Of a DNA stretch of 64,000 nucleotides, positions 9,309-18,946 are shown in pieces; positions within the stretch are counted from its first letter, which is position 1, and each line of letters begins with the position of its first letter. Made by a program: the position numbers and the translations under genes. The stretch is taken from the NCBI GenBank assembly GCA_038128845.1, contig JAYPKL010000002.1:5604-69603 (forward strand), read 5' to 3'. The notes below the pieces were generated by a model, which was not told the origin of the DNA, made no database searches, and worked only from the letters and a program-made list of their open reading frames with translations. This stretch comes from Candidatus Woesearchaeota archaeon. Lineage in GTDB: Archaea > Nanobdellota > Nanobdellia > UBA10117 > ARS21.

Positions 9309-10577
9309 TTATTTCTTAACTAATTCATAAGAACCAAGGCCAATTAAAGTAAGTAAGAATCCGCCCATTAATATTTCGTGAGATAAGTACATCAAGAAAA
9401 ATCCTGAACTTAATATTCCAAAAACTGCAGGAATTGGTATATTATTGTAGCTGAGTGGAACTCTAAATCCTTTGCTTATTTTTTTCTCTTTTTTACGTTT
9501 CATAATTAATGAATAGTTAACTAAAATAAAAGTTAAAAAAATTGTAAAGTTTGTCAGTTCTGCGATCTTGCCTATGTCTTCAATTAACAAAAATAACGAT
9601 GTTAGAATAAAAACGGTCAGTACAGAATTTGCCGGAGTTTTTCTAGTTTTAGAAACTTTTGATAAAAATTTTAGTTTTTTATAATATTTTGAAATTCCAT
9701 ATAGTTGTCTAGATCCTCCAATTAGAATTATTAAAACAGTGTTACCGGTTGAAAATAATGCTATAATTGAAAGAATAAGAAATGCTTTTGAACCCATTAC
9801 AATAGCTGCTGCATCTGCAAGTGGTGAAGAAGAAGCCGCTAATTGATCCCACGGCATAATCGATACAGCAGATATTGCTACTAGAATATAAATTATAGTT
9901 GATATGATTATTGAATAAATAATTGCCTTTGGAATAACTTTAGAAGGATTTATTGTTTCTTCACTCAATTTGGCAATACTTTCAAATCCAATATAAGCAA
10001 AAAATACTAATGATGCTGCAGAAAATATATTTGAAAATCCTTGAGAAAAATCAAAATAATTTACATTACCAAGATAGTTATATCCTAATGCTATTATAAT
10101 TAGTAATCCAATTGTTTCCAATATAGTAAAAAATATGTTGGCCCAAGCTGCTTGCTTTATATCATAATAACTCAGAAAAGAGAAAATAGAAATTAAAATA
10201 AATGCAATTAAAATTGGTTTAATCGCAACACCAATTAATTTTAGAAAATATCCTGAAAATCCTATTGCTACTGCGCTTGCAGAAATTATTGATGTTGAAA
10301 CAATAAGCCAACCCGTTAAATAAGCTAATCTATCTGAAAAAAAAGATTTTACAAAAGAATATTCTGCAGAGTCATTTGATTTACCTGATGTAAATTCAGC
10401 ATAACTCATTCCGGTAAAAATTGCAATTAAACTTGCTAATAAAAAACTTAACCATACTGCATTACCTGCAACACCAGATGCAACACCTATCAAAACATAA
10501 ATTCCGGCACCCAAAATTATTCCGATACCCATTAATGTTGTTTCTAACAAACCTAATGATCTTTTTAACTCAGACAT
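9309..10577 (-). CDS. APC-family amino acid permease
   Basis: GIILGAGIY and FAYIGFE motifs; about 12 TM segments. Confidence 0.92.
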   Translation of the reverse strand: MSELKRSLGLLETTLMGIGIILGAGIYVLIGVASGVAGNAVWLSFLLASLIAIFTGMSYAEFTSGKSNDSAEYSFVKSFFSDRLAYLTGWLIVSTSIISASAVAIGFSGYFLKLIGVAIKPILIAFILISIFSFLSYYDIKQAAWANIFFTILETIGLLIIIALGYNYLGNVNYFDFSQGFSNIFSAASLVFFAYIGFESIAKLSEETINPSKVIPKAIIYSIIISTIIYILVAISAVSIMPWDQLAASSSPLADAAAIVMGSKAFLILSIIALFSTGNTVLIILIGGSRQLYGISKYYKKLKFLSKVSKTRKTPANSVLTVFILTSLFLLIEDIGKIAELTNFTIFLTFILVNYSLIMKRKKEKKISKGFRVPLSYNNIPIPAVFGILSSGFFLMYLSHEILMGGFLLTLIGLGSYELVKK

Positions 10578-10605
10578 AATTATTATGTCAATTTTATTTT
10601 ATAAA

Positions 10606-11913
10606 TTATATAGATGAAATATCTAAATCTCTTATTAAGGCAGAAGGAACTTCGGCAGGTATACTTGATTCCCAGTTAACAATTGATTCTTTCTTATTCG
10701 ACATTTCTTCAATATTTTTTAATACGTCTAACATATTTCCAGAAATTCTAATATCTTTAACAGAATTAATTATTTTTCCATCTTTAACTACAAATATTGC
10801 ATCTCTTGGAAGTAATGAAAAATCTCCAGTCATATAATTTTGATATCGATGATACCAAGAATTTGTTATTATTAATCCGTTATCCATATTTGAAATTAAT
10901 TTATCTGTTGATTTTTTTCCAATTGGTACAACTAAATTTGTTGGGCTGACAGATAATATATTTGAATTTCCTGTTGCTTTCAAATCATATTTCAAATTAT
11001 GTGATGTAGTTGTAAGATAATTCTTCAATATACCCGAACCAATTATTTCTGTAGGTTTTGTAGGTCGTCCTTCATAATCAAAAGGTATTGAACCAAATCC
11101 ATTATTTAAATTTCCAACATCGTATAACGAGAAATTTTTTGATGAAAGGGAATTATCTTTTTTATTTGACAAAAATGAAAATCCTGCTAAAACATTATCA
11201 TAACAAGCAGATCTTCCAACTTCATTTATCAAATTAGCAAATGACATTGGATAAAATACACAATCATATTTTCCAGATTTTAATTTTTCAGGATAAATTG
11301 CTTCTTTAGCTTCATTAACTGCTTCAAGTATTACCGGTCTATAATTAAAATTTTTCTTTGAAGTTGAAATCTTAACTTTGTGAGAAGATGCATCTTCTTT
11401 CATTATTCTAGTTGATAAATTAATATTTGAATAATTATAAGATCCTTCAAAACCTTCTGATGTAATTTTTTCTACAGTTCCCCATCCGTGTTCTAAAACT
11501 CCTCCGACTCTATCTGCACCTTTTTGTAAAGAAAGATCAATAACATCTCTCAATATACTTGATACATTTAGATTTTTTATATCTGGATCGTAAATTGATT
11601 TAATTTCTTTGAACTTTTTATTTTCATTATAAATGCCCAAATAATTTTCATTAACTGGATTGTTTTTTGTAAAATTTATTAGATTCTTAATTTGTGACTT
11701 TACATCATTATTGATATTTATATCTGTATTTCCTACTTTGTAACCATTGCCCGATTTCATTGCAATAAAAACATCATAAGAATCTTGGTTCCAATTTTTA
11801 TTTATTACAACATTATTATTGGCAATTTTTGATTGATTCGAAGTTCCGTTATTTCTTGTAATAACATAATGATCAACATTTCCTTCAATTATTTTTCGAA
11901 TTTCTTGAATCAT
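10606..11913 (-). CDS. tldE: TldE/PmbA family protein
   Basis: PFDYEG, TGN and TGDFS motifs; paired with TldD; no HExxxH. Confidence 0.85.
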   Translation of the reverse strand: MIQEIRKIIEGNVDHYVITRNNGTSNQSKIANNNVVINKNWNQDSYDVFIAMKSGNGYKVGNTDININNDVKSQIKNLINFTKNNPVNENYLGIYNENKKFKEIKSIYDPDIKNLNVSSILRDVIDLSLQKGADRVGGVLEHGWGTVEKITSEGFEGSYNYSNINLSTRIMKEDASSHKVKISTSKKNFNYRPVILEAVNEAKEAIYPEKLKSGKYDCVFYPMSFANLINEVGRSACYDNVLAGFSFLSNKKDNSLSSKNFSLYDVGNLNNGFGSIPFDYEGRPTKPTEIIGSGILKNYLTTTSHNLKYDLKATGNSNILSVSPTNLVVPIGKKSTDKLISNMDNGLIITNSWYHRYQNYMTGDFSLLPRDAIFVVKDGKIINSVKDIRISGNMLDVLKNIEEMSNKKESIVNWESSIPAEVPSALIRDLDISSI

Positions 11914-13325
11914 CTGTGCTTAATTCCTCTCAATAATAAACTTGGACCGCCCATTGAAACAGGTACTCCTTGCATTGGTTGACCTTTACCGCATGTAGCA
12001 GATGTTAAACCATATGAAGCTTTATTTCCCACTCCGTCAACTGACGTCCACAACTTTAATGTATCAACTTCAAGATCCGGAAATAATAATGGATGTTTAA
12101 TCTCTCCATTTTCTATTAAATATGCTTCACTGCCTTTTGCTTTGAAATTATATCTTTTATCATCAATATTCCATTCCATAAAATTTTTCATATAAATTCC
12201 TTTTTTTACATCTTTAATTAAACTAGATTCTGATGCTTTACCGGGTTTTACAAACGTATTAGACATTCTAATTAATGGTTCATTTGAATTATTATCAATT
12301 CTTGCAGATGCATTTGATTTAACTCCGAATTGTTTTGCAGTTTGCCGGTCATGATAAAATTCATTTATCAATCCGTCTTTTACTAAAACTCTGTTTCTGG
12401 CTTTTTGACCTTCTTCATCATATAAATAATAACCAGCAACATTTTCAATTGTTGGATCATCATATATGGTTACATAATCTGAACCGACTCTTTGACCCAT
12501 CATATCTTTTTTGATAAAGGATTCTCCTGCTTGTGCAGATTCTCTTCCTAAAATTCTATCTGCTTCATAAGGATGACCAACAGATTCATGGACCATTATT
12601 CCTGCAACTTCGCTGCCAATAACATAATCATAAACTCCTGATTTAACTTTTTTAGCAGTCTTCAAGTTGGTTGTTATAGTGTCGACTTCTCCAGAAATTA
12701 CTTTATCTAATTTCCAATTATCAAAAATATCCCAACCGCCTACGCCGTTATAAAAATTCATTCTTTGTGCAGTCTTACTATTTGATTTGCATGTTAAAAA
12801 ATAAAAAAAATCAATATATGGAATTGTAGAATTAATTGATGTGCCTTCGGTATTCATATATGATTTTTTAATTAAATTTGTACTTAAAGATATATTTGAA
12901 TTTAGAACATTGTCTCCTTTCAAATTAGAGATTATAGGTTTTAATCTATTGATATAGGAGTCAATATCTGAAAAATTAATTTTTGTTTTTTGTTTAACTG
13001 TATAATTTTTTTTATTAACTTCTCCCTCTGCTAATTCAATATCGTTTCTATTTATTGAATTTACAGATTTTACTAATTTAACTTGATCTTTTATTTTTTT
13101 TGTAATAAATTGATTTGAGAAATCGCTATTAATGAAAACTGATGACATTGAATTTCCAATTTTAAATCTTACATACAAAGATTTATCTGATCCAATAAAA
13201 TTGTTCGAAAGTACATTATTTTCATAACTTATACCCGATCCATTTGATTCAACAAATCTTGCTTCGGCCCATTCAACACCTAATTCATTACATAGATTAA
13301 TTGAGAACTTCAAAAGATCATCCAT
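11910..13325 (-). CDS. tldD: TldD family metalloprotease
   Basis: HESVGH, YDEEG, RMSNT and CGKGQP; likely start at MDDLLKF (13325). Confidence 0.9.
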   Translation of the reverse strand: MDDLLKFSINLCNELGVEWAEARFVESNGSGISYENNVLSNNFIGSDKSLYVRFKIGNSMSSVFINSDFSNQFITKKIKDQVKLVKSVNSINRNDIELAEGEVNKKNYTVKQKTKINFSDIDSYINRLKPIISNLKGDNVLNSNISLSTNLIKKSYMNTEGTSINSTIPYIDFFYFLTCKSNSKTAQRMNFYNGVGGWDIFDNWKLDKVISGEVDTITTNLKTAKKVKSGVYDYVIGSEVAGIMVHESVGHPYEADRILGRESAQAGESFIKKDMMGQRVGSDYVTIYDDPTIENVAGYYLYDEEGQKARNRVLVKDGLINEFYHDRQTAKQFGVKSNASARIDNNSNEPLIRMSNTFVKPGKASESSLIKDVKKGIYMKNFMEWNIDDKRYNFKAKGSEAYLIENGEIKHPLLFPDLEVDTLKLWTSVDGVGNKASYGLTSATCGKGQPMQGVPVSMGGPSLLLRGIKHR

Positions 13326-13411
13326 AGATATATTGTAGGGAAATAAATATAAAATAGTTGTTATCAAAAAGTAACTAATAATCTATTTATTATAACAAAC
13401 ACTATTTTTAT

Positions 13412-14365
13412 ATGACTGTTCAAAATTTGACCATAAAAGGAAAATTTAATGAAAATTATATCAAATCAACCATATTAGATATATATCTTAAATGGAAAAT
13501 ACCCGACAATATTGAAGAGATTCTTATAATTGATGATAAAAAACATTTCTCTGCAATATCTAGAAGAATCCCGAAACACCTAAGAAAAGAGTTTAAAGAA
13601 ACTTATATGAATGACCCAACTTCATTATCGATAACTGCAGGTAATTTTGATTTAATTATTATATCTATTACTCAACCAAATGAACAATATCTTAAGAAAA
13701 ACAAGAAGGCACTAGAAGGACTTATAGCACATGAATTAATGCATATTGAATTAAGACGTATGGGTCTTGATTTAGATATTGAAAATATTGGTCAAAGAGT
13801 ATTTCAGAAGTTTATTAAAAAAAATCTAAATCGTTCTCAATCAATAAAATACAAACATGTATTTGAAGAAATAAAAAATCAATGTAGCTATGTTCTAAAA
13901 GATATAGTTACAAATGCAAATTTAATTGAAATAGGATTTGGAGACGAAATGTTTGAAGATTATTATCAATATTATATTAATCAAAAAACTCTGAAAACTG
14001 CTAACTTGAATATTAGTGCAGTTAAAAATTCGAATCTTTGTTCAACTGTGTCTAAGAAAAAATGTAAAGAACTTTATGAAAAACAATTAGGAGTTGATGT
14101 TGGAACAAGTATTCTTTTTGAACTTAGTTTGTTACCAGTCATAATACCTTACGGAAAAAAATGGATAAACACAAAAGAAAGAAAAATTAAACATTTAATC
14201 AATTTTATTGGAGACAATTACGAAATATTAGTAAGCGATATTGCTAAAGATGCTGATAGACTTATTAAAAAAAGCTTTACTTCAAAATTTGATAAAAAAT
14301 ACTTTGAATATTTCTTTGAATATTTTTTCAAAATGGCACATAAAAAAATGCTAATTGACCAATAA
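13412..14365 (+). CDS. Hypothetical protein with HExxH zincin-like motif
   Basis: GLIAHELMH followed by a downstream acidic residue (LKD). Confidence 0.55.
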   Translation: MTVQNLTIKGKFNENYIKSTILDIYLKWKIPDNIEEILIIDDKKHFSAISRRIPKHLRKEFKETYMNDPTSLSITAGNFDLIIISITQPNEQYLKKNKKALEGLIAHELMHIELRRMGLDLDIENIGQRVFQKFIKKNLNRSQSIKYKHVFEEIKNQCSYVLKDIVTNANLIEIGFGDEMFEDYYQYYINQKTLKTANLNISAVKNSNLCSTVSKKKCKELYEKQLGVDVGTSILFELSLLPVIIPYGKKWINTKERKIKHLINFIGDNYEILVSDIAKDADRLIKKSFTSKFDKKYFEYFFEYFFKMAHKKMLIDQ

Positions 14366-14399
14366 ATAACGAATAAATTTATTAATTAAGTCAATTTTA

Positions 14400-14639
14400 T
14401 TGAATATGGCAAGTGTAACAATCTATACTACTAATGTGTGTCCCTGGTGTCACAAAGCAAAAGACTTTTTTGATGAAAATGGAATTAAATACTCTGAAAA
14501 AAATGTACAACAAAATAGAGAGTATCAAGCAGAATTACTGGAAAAATCTGGTCAACTAGGTGTACCTGTAATAACCGTTGATGATGAAACTGTTATCGGT
14601 TTCAATAAAGAAAGATTAAAGAAGATATTAGACTTATAA
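14400..14639 (+). CDS. Glutaredoxin/NrdH-like redoxin
   Basis: IYTTNVCPWC, SGQLGVPVI and IGF. Confidence 0.92.
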   Translation: MNMASVTIYTTNVCPWCHKAKDFFDENGIKYSEKNVQQNREYQAELLEKSGQLGVPVITVDDETVIGFNKERLKKILDL

Positions 14640-14643
14640 TACT

Positions 14644-15882
14644 ATGGCCAATCCTTTTGATCAAGCAAAGAAGCAAATCTCTTCTGCATCTAAATTATTA
14701 AAATTAGATTCAGAAACTACTGCTAAATTAATGATTCCAGATAATTTTCATTCATTCTGGGTCAGAATAAGACTTGATAATGGACGAAGAGCAAGATTTA
14801 GAGGTTTTAGATCTCAATATAATAATGCATTAGGCCCTTACAAAGGAGGAATTAGATTCCATCCTGAAGAAACTGCAGACACTGTACTTGCTCTATCTGC
14901 ATGGATGACTTGGAAATGTTCTCTTGCCGGAATACCTTATGGTGGCGGAAAAGGCGGAATTATTTGTAATCCCAAAGAATTATCTAAATCAGAACTTGAA
15001 AGACTTTCAAAAGAATATTCAAGAAAAATTTCAAAATTTATTGGAGTAGATCGAGATATACCTGCTCCTGACGTTTACACAAATCCTCAAATAATGTCTT
15101 GGATGTTAGAAGCTTATGAACAAAAAATGAATATTTCTTCTCCAGTAACTTTTACAGTAAAACCAATTGAACTTGGTGGTCATACGGTATGAATTGAATC
15201 GACCGGTTTAGGTGTGGCAATAAATGTTAGAGAAGCTGCCAAAAAATTAAAATTAAATATGAAATCAACAAAAGTTGTAATTCAAGGATTTGGTAATGTA
15301 GGTCAATATGCTGCCAAACATCTTGACAAAATGGGCGCAAAAATAATTGCAATATCGGATTCATCGGGAGGACTTTATGATTCTAAAGGAATTGATGTCT
15401 CTAAATTAATCAAATATAAACAAGAAGGAAATTCACTAATTAAATACAAAAACTATTCAAAAATAGATAATGAAAAATTACTTACACTAAAATGTGATGT
15501 TTTAATTCCATCTGCATTAGAAAATGCAATTGACAAATATAACGCGGATAAAATCGACACAAAAATAATTGTTGAAGGAGCAAACGGACCAATAACAACG
15601 GATGCAGATAAAATTCTTTTTGAAAAAAGTATTATTGTAGTTCCAGATATTCTTGCAAATTCGGGCGGAGTCGTTGGAAGTTATTTTGAATGGCTAATGA
15701 ATCGTTCAGGAGAAAGTTGGGAATTAAAAACCTATAACGCAAAATTAGATAAAATGTTAACAGATTCTTTTTCAAGAGTTTATAAAAAATACAACGAACT
15801 AAAAAATATTGACATGAGAAAAACAAGTTATATGATTGCAATAGAGAGAGTTGTAAAAGCAATGGAGCTTAGAGGAAGATGA
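14644..15882 (+). pseudogene. gdhA: Glutamate dehydrogenase interrupted by an in-frame TGA at 15190-15192 (pseudogene or sequence error)
   Basis: Both track ORFs are in one frame; GPYKGGIRF, GGGKGG, PAPDV, QGFGNVG, EGANGP and NSGGV..SYFEW. Confidence 0.8.
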
Positions 15883-16781
15883 TTTATGATGTTATAATTA
15901 TAGGCGGAGGTGCAGCTGGTCTAGGAGCCGCTCTTTATTCGGCCAGATATAATCTAAAAACTTTAATTATTGCTAAAGAATTTGGCGGTACTGGAAATAT
16001 TGCACACAAAGTAGATAATTGGATTGGAGAACCTGGAATTTCTGGACTAGACTTAATGGACAAATTTATTGCACATGTTGATTCTTATGGTGTAGAAAAA
16101 GTCGAAGACGAAATTAAATCTATTAAAAAAAATAAAGAAATTTTTGAAGTTCAAGGAAAGAAAAAATATTCTGCTAAATCAATTATATACTCTCTAGGTA
16201 TGGTTCATAAAGAATTAGGAGTGGAGGGAGAAAAAGAATTTGCAGGAAAAGGAATTCATTATTGTTATACTTGTGATGGTCCAATTTATTCTGGAAAAAA
16301 TGTAATTATGGTCGGCGGAGGAGATTCTGCGGGATGGGGAAGTGTATTTCTTTCAGAACATGCAAAATCAGTTACAACGATGGTTCGAAGAGATATGATG
16401 AAAGCAGAACCAATTACTGTTAAACAAATGGAAGATAATCCGAAAATAAAAATAAAATATAATACAGAAATAAAAAAATTCTACGGAGACACTTTACTTG
16501 AAGGAGTAATTTTGAAAGATGGAACTGATATGAAAATAGACGGAGTATTTATTGAAATTGGTCATTTGCCGTTAAATCAAATTGCAAAAAATTGTAAAGT
16601 TAAATTAGATAAGTCTGGATTTATTAAAGTTGATAATCATCAAAAAACTAATATCAAAGGTTTTTGTGCAGCAGGAGATATAACAACAAGACATACTCTA
16701 AAGCAATTTATAACATCTGCATCAGAAGGATCGGTGGCAGCAGAATCAATTTATAATTTTATTAAAAATAAAAAATGGTAA
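15879..16781 (+). CDS. trxB: Thioredoxin reductase
   Basis: GGGAAG, YCYTCDG, GGGDSA and AAGD. Confidence 0.92.
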   Translation: MIYDVIIIGGGAAGLGAALYSARYNLKTLIIAKEFGGTGNIAHKVDNWIGEPGISGLDLMDKFIAHVDSYGVEKVEDEIKSIKKNKEIFEVQGKKKYSAKSIIYSLGMVHKELGVEGEKEFAGKGIHYCYTCDGPIYSGKNVIMVGGGDSAGWGSVFLSEHAKSVTTMVRRDMMKAEPITVKQMEDNPKIKIKYNTEIKKFYGDTLLEGVILKDGTDMKIDGVFIEIGHLPLNQIAKNCKVKLDKSGFIKVDNHQKTNIKGFCAAGDITTRHTLKQFITSASEGSVAAESIYNFIKNKKW

Positions 16782-16978
16782 AGAATTATTTAATTATAGG
16801 TTATGGTATTTTAATTGCTGCAATATTATTTAATTTAGTTTTATCAAAGTTAGGTATTTCTTCTTGGTATGATTTTTTATTAGGTAATAAAGATAAATAT
16901 ACCTCTTATGTTGTTTTATTTATTGTATATCCGTTAATTTTAGGTTATGTTGCTCAAAAAGCTATTGAATTAATTTAA
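16775..16978 (+). CDS. Small two-TM membrane protein
   Basis: 67 aa with two hydrophobic segments; overlaps the trxB stop. Confidence 0.6.
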   Translation: MVKNYLIIGYGILIAAILFNLVLSKLGISSWYDFLLGNKDKYTSYVVLFIVYPLILGYVAQKAIELI

Positions 16979-18304
16979 ATTTTCTTCAATATACTTTTTG
17001 ATATCAAATTTTGATTTACAACCATTATAAGACATAAATCTTATTTTTCCAAAAACCGGTCTTTCAAACCATGCCCGATCATGAAGGCCTCCTATGGACC
17101 AAGCACATCCTACGTAACCATTGGGATCTCTTCCATCCAATTCATATTTATCATTTAGATAAATTGCAATCTTTAACGCATCTTTAGGCGATTTGGTCCA
17201 TTCAAGAATTTTTTTAGCCCAATACATTCTCATATATCCGTGCATTTTTCCTTTGTTTACCATTTCCATTTGTGCAGCATTCCATAAATCGTCGTGTGTC
17301 TTTGCATTTTCAAATTGTTTTAATGAATAAATATATTCTCGTTTATCTTTTGTATGTTCATTATGAGATTTTTTAGCCCAATCTGGAAATCCATCAAATG
17401 TGTCGTACTTTTCATTATAATAACAATAATTATCTGAAAGTTCTCTTCTTACAAATGCTTCTTCAATAAATGCATCTTTATCTGGTTTTTTTGCATTTGC
17501 TTTACTTACTTCGTAGACTGCTCTTTGGGGGGCCAACATTCCATAATGAAAATAAGGGCTTAAATGAGAAACTTGATTTAAAGGAGGATTATTTCTATTT
17601 GTTGAATATCCGTCTAAACGATTTTTGATGAATTCTTTTAGCATATTCATTCCTTCATCTTCTCCGGATTTTATCCAATCAACTGGTTTTACATTTTTGT
17701 CAACATTTGCTTTCATTAAATTTTCAAAATTATTTTTGTTTTTTAATTTGTTATAATTATTTTTCTTTAGTTTTGGAAAATCAGAAATATATTCGGGAAA
17801 TAGTCTATTTAATTTTGGTCTTATTGTATATGCTGCAAATTCTTGTTTTGGAGAAGTGATCCATACTGGTACTATATTATGAGCATCTACTTGAATAAAA
17901 GGAATTTTTAATTTTAAATTTAAATCATTGACCCATTTTTTTGCAATTCTAAGTGGTGAAAAATCAGTTACAACTAAACCAACATTATTTGTTTTTATGA
18001 ATTTAGAAATATCTGGAACAAAAGATTTTGTTAAAATAAAAAGAGGTATATTTAATTTTTCTAAATTAGTTTCTAGTACTTTTAATCCTTCTAACTTGAA
18101 CTTATGTTGTCTTAATCCTCCTCCGAGATATCCTATATCTAAATTATATACAACATATAATGGAACTTTGTTTTTTTCAGCAAGATCTGATGCATGCAAT
18201 AATGCCCAATTGTCTTGAGATCTTATTTCTCTATTACACCAATAAAGTATGGCTCCGGAACTATATTCTAAATCGTTTAATTTTCTAATTCTGTTTTCGT
18301 TCAT
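16970..18304 (-). CDS. phr: Class II CPD photolyase
   Basis: QVDAHNIVPVW, SHLSPYFHYG, RRELSDN, MHGYMRMYWAKKILEW and DGRDPNGY. Confidence 0.95.
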   Translation of the reverse strand: MNENRIRKLNDLEYSSGAILYWCNREIRSQDNWALLHASDLAEKNKVPLYVVYNLDIGYLGGGLRQHKFKLEGLKVLETNLEKLNIPLFILTKSFVPDISKFIKTNNVGLVVTDFSPLRIAKKWVNDLNLKLKIPFIQVDAHNIVPVWITSPKQEFAAYTIRPKLNRLFPEYISDFPKLKKNNYNKLKNKNNFENLMKANVDKNVKPVDWIKSGEDEGMNMLKEFIKNRLDGYSTNRNNPPLNQVSHLSPYFHYGMLAPQRAVYEVSKANAKKPDKDAFIEEAFVRRELSDNYCYYNEKYDTFDGFPDWAKKSHNEHTKDKREYIYSLKQFENAKTHDDLWNAAQMEMVNKGKMHGYMRMYWAKKILEWTKSPKDALKIAIYLNDKYELDGRDPNGYVGCAWSIGGLHDRAWFERPVFGKIRFMSYNGCKSKFDIKKYIEENLN

Positions 18305-18900
18305 TTTAATAAGTATAAATCAATGAAACCGAATACTGCTTTTGAAAAAATTGGAAGTATTACAAAAAGAACATTGAAAGTTTCTAGAGATATAAAATTT
18401 AGCGGATACAAAATGAATACAAGAGGATATGCTAACCACTGAATTGTGAAATATTTTAATAAAAAATCATATTTCTTTTTGTTAACTGCCAGTTTGTAAA
18501 GATCTACCCAGATTATTTTTATAATTATTGCAAGTAAAAATAGACCTAAGTAAAAATATCTTAAGTCTGAAAAAACATCGGCAAATAATCCGGTTAATAT
18601 CACAATAGGTTGTAGAATTAATAGAGATAACATAAGAGTATAATTTCCTTTTTTATTTAGAATCGCTGTAAAGTAAAGTGCCATTAAAAGTAGTGGAGTT
18701 GAAACTACCCAATCAAAATATCTTGCAAGATCAGAAATTTCTGTTTGATAAGCAATAAATAAATACATCAAACCAGACCAACCTACAATTGTTGAATGTA
18801 AAAGTATGAAGTGTTTTGGAATTTTCCATTTTTTACCTAAATATAGAAATGAGGCTAGTGAAGTAAACATTACTAATGAGTAAAACATTTCGGCATTCAT
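18301..18900 (-). CDS. Microbial rhodopsin, xenorhodopsin type (predicted inward H+ pump)
   Basis: Helix C RYFDWVVSTPLLLMA (D-S-A motif); helix B H...WSGLMY; helix G LPIFSKAVFGFID (Pro at the BR D212 position, retinal Lys, Asp at Lys+7); start 18900 or 18921. Confidence 0.9.
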   Translation of the reverse strand: MNAEMFYSLVMFTSLASFLYLGKKWKIPKHFILLHSTIVGWSGLMYLFIAYQTEISDLARYFDWVVSTPLLLMALYFTAILNKKGNYTLMLSLLILQPIVILTGLFADVFSDLRYFYLGLFLLAIIIKIIWVDLYKLAVNKKKYDFLLKYFTIQWLAYPLVFILYPLNFISLETFNVLFVILPIFSKAVFGFIDLYLLK

Positions 18901-18913
18901 AAAATATTTGTAG

Positions 18914-18933
18914 TTAATCATTTATAAGATTAA
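18914..18933. promoter_or_regulatory. Shared divergent TATA element flanked by an inverted repeat
   Basis: TTAATC-ATTTATAA-GATTAA, about 20 nt from both ATG 18900 (-) and ATG 18947 (+). Confidence 0.45.
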
Positions 18934-18946
18934 TTAGATAAATTCT

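Noticed and set aside
15190..15192. TGA recoding (Sec, Trp or Gly) in GDH
   Set aside because: The position aligns to a conserved Arg; TGA is a normal stop for other genes here (aIF5A, rhodopsin); neighbouring codons are also corrupted
18301..18921. Rhodopsin as an outward pump, heliorhodopsin or schizorhodopsin
   Set aside because: It lacks the DTD/DTE motif and D212; it has Asp, not Phe or Glu, at position 85, and the P-x-x-x-K helix G of xenorhodopsins
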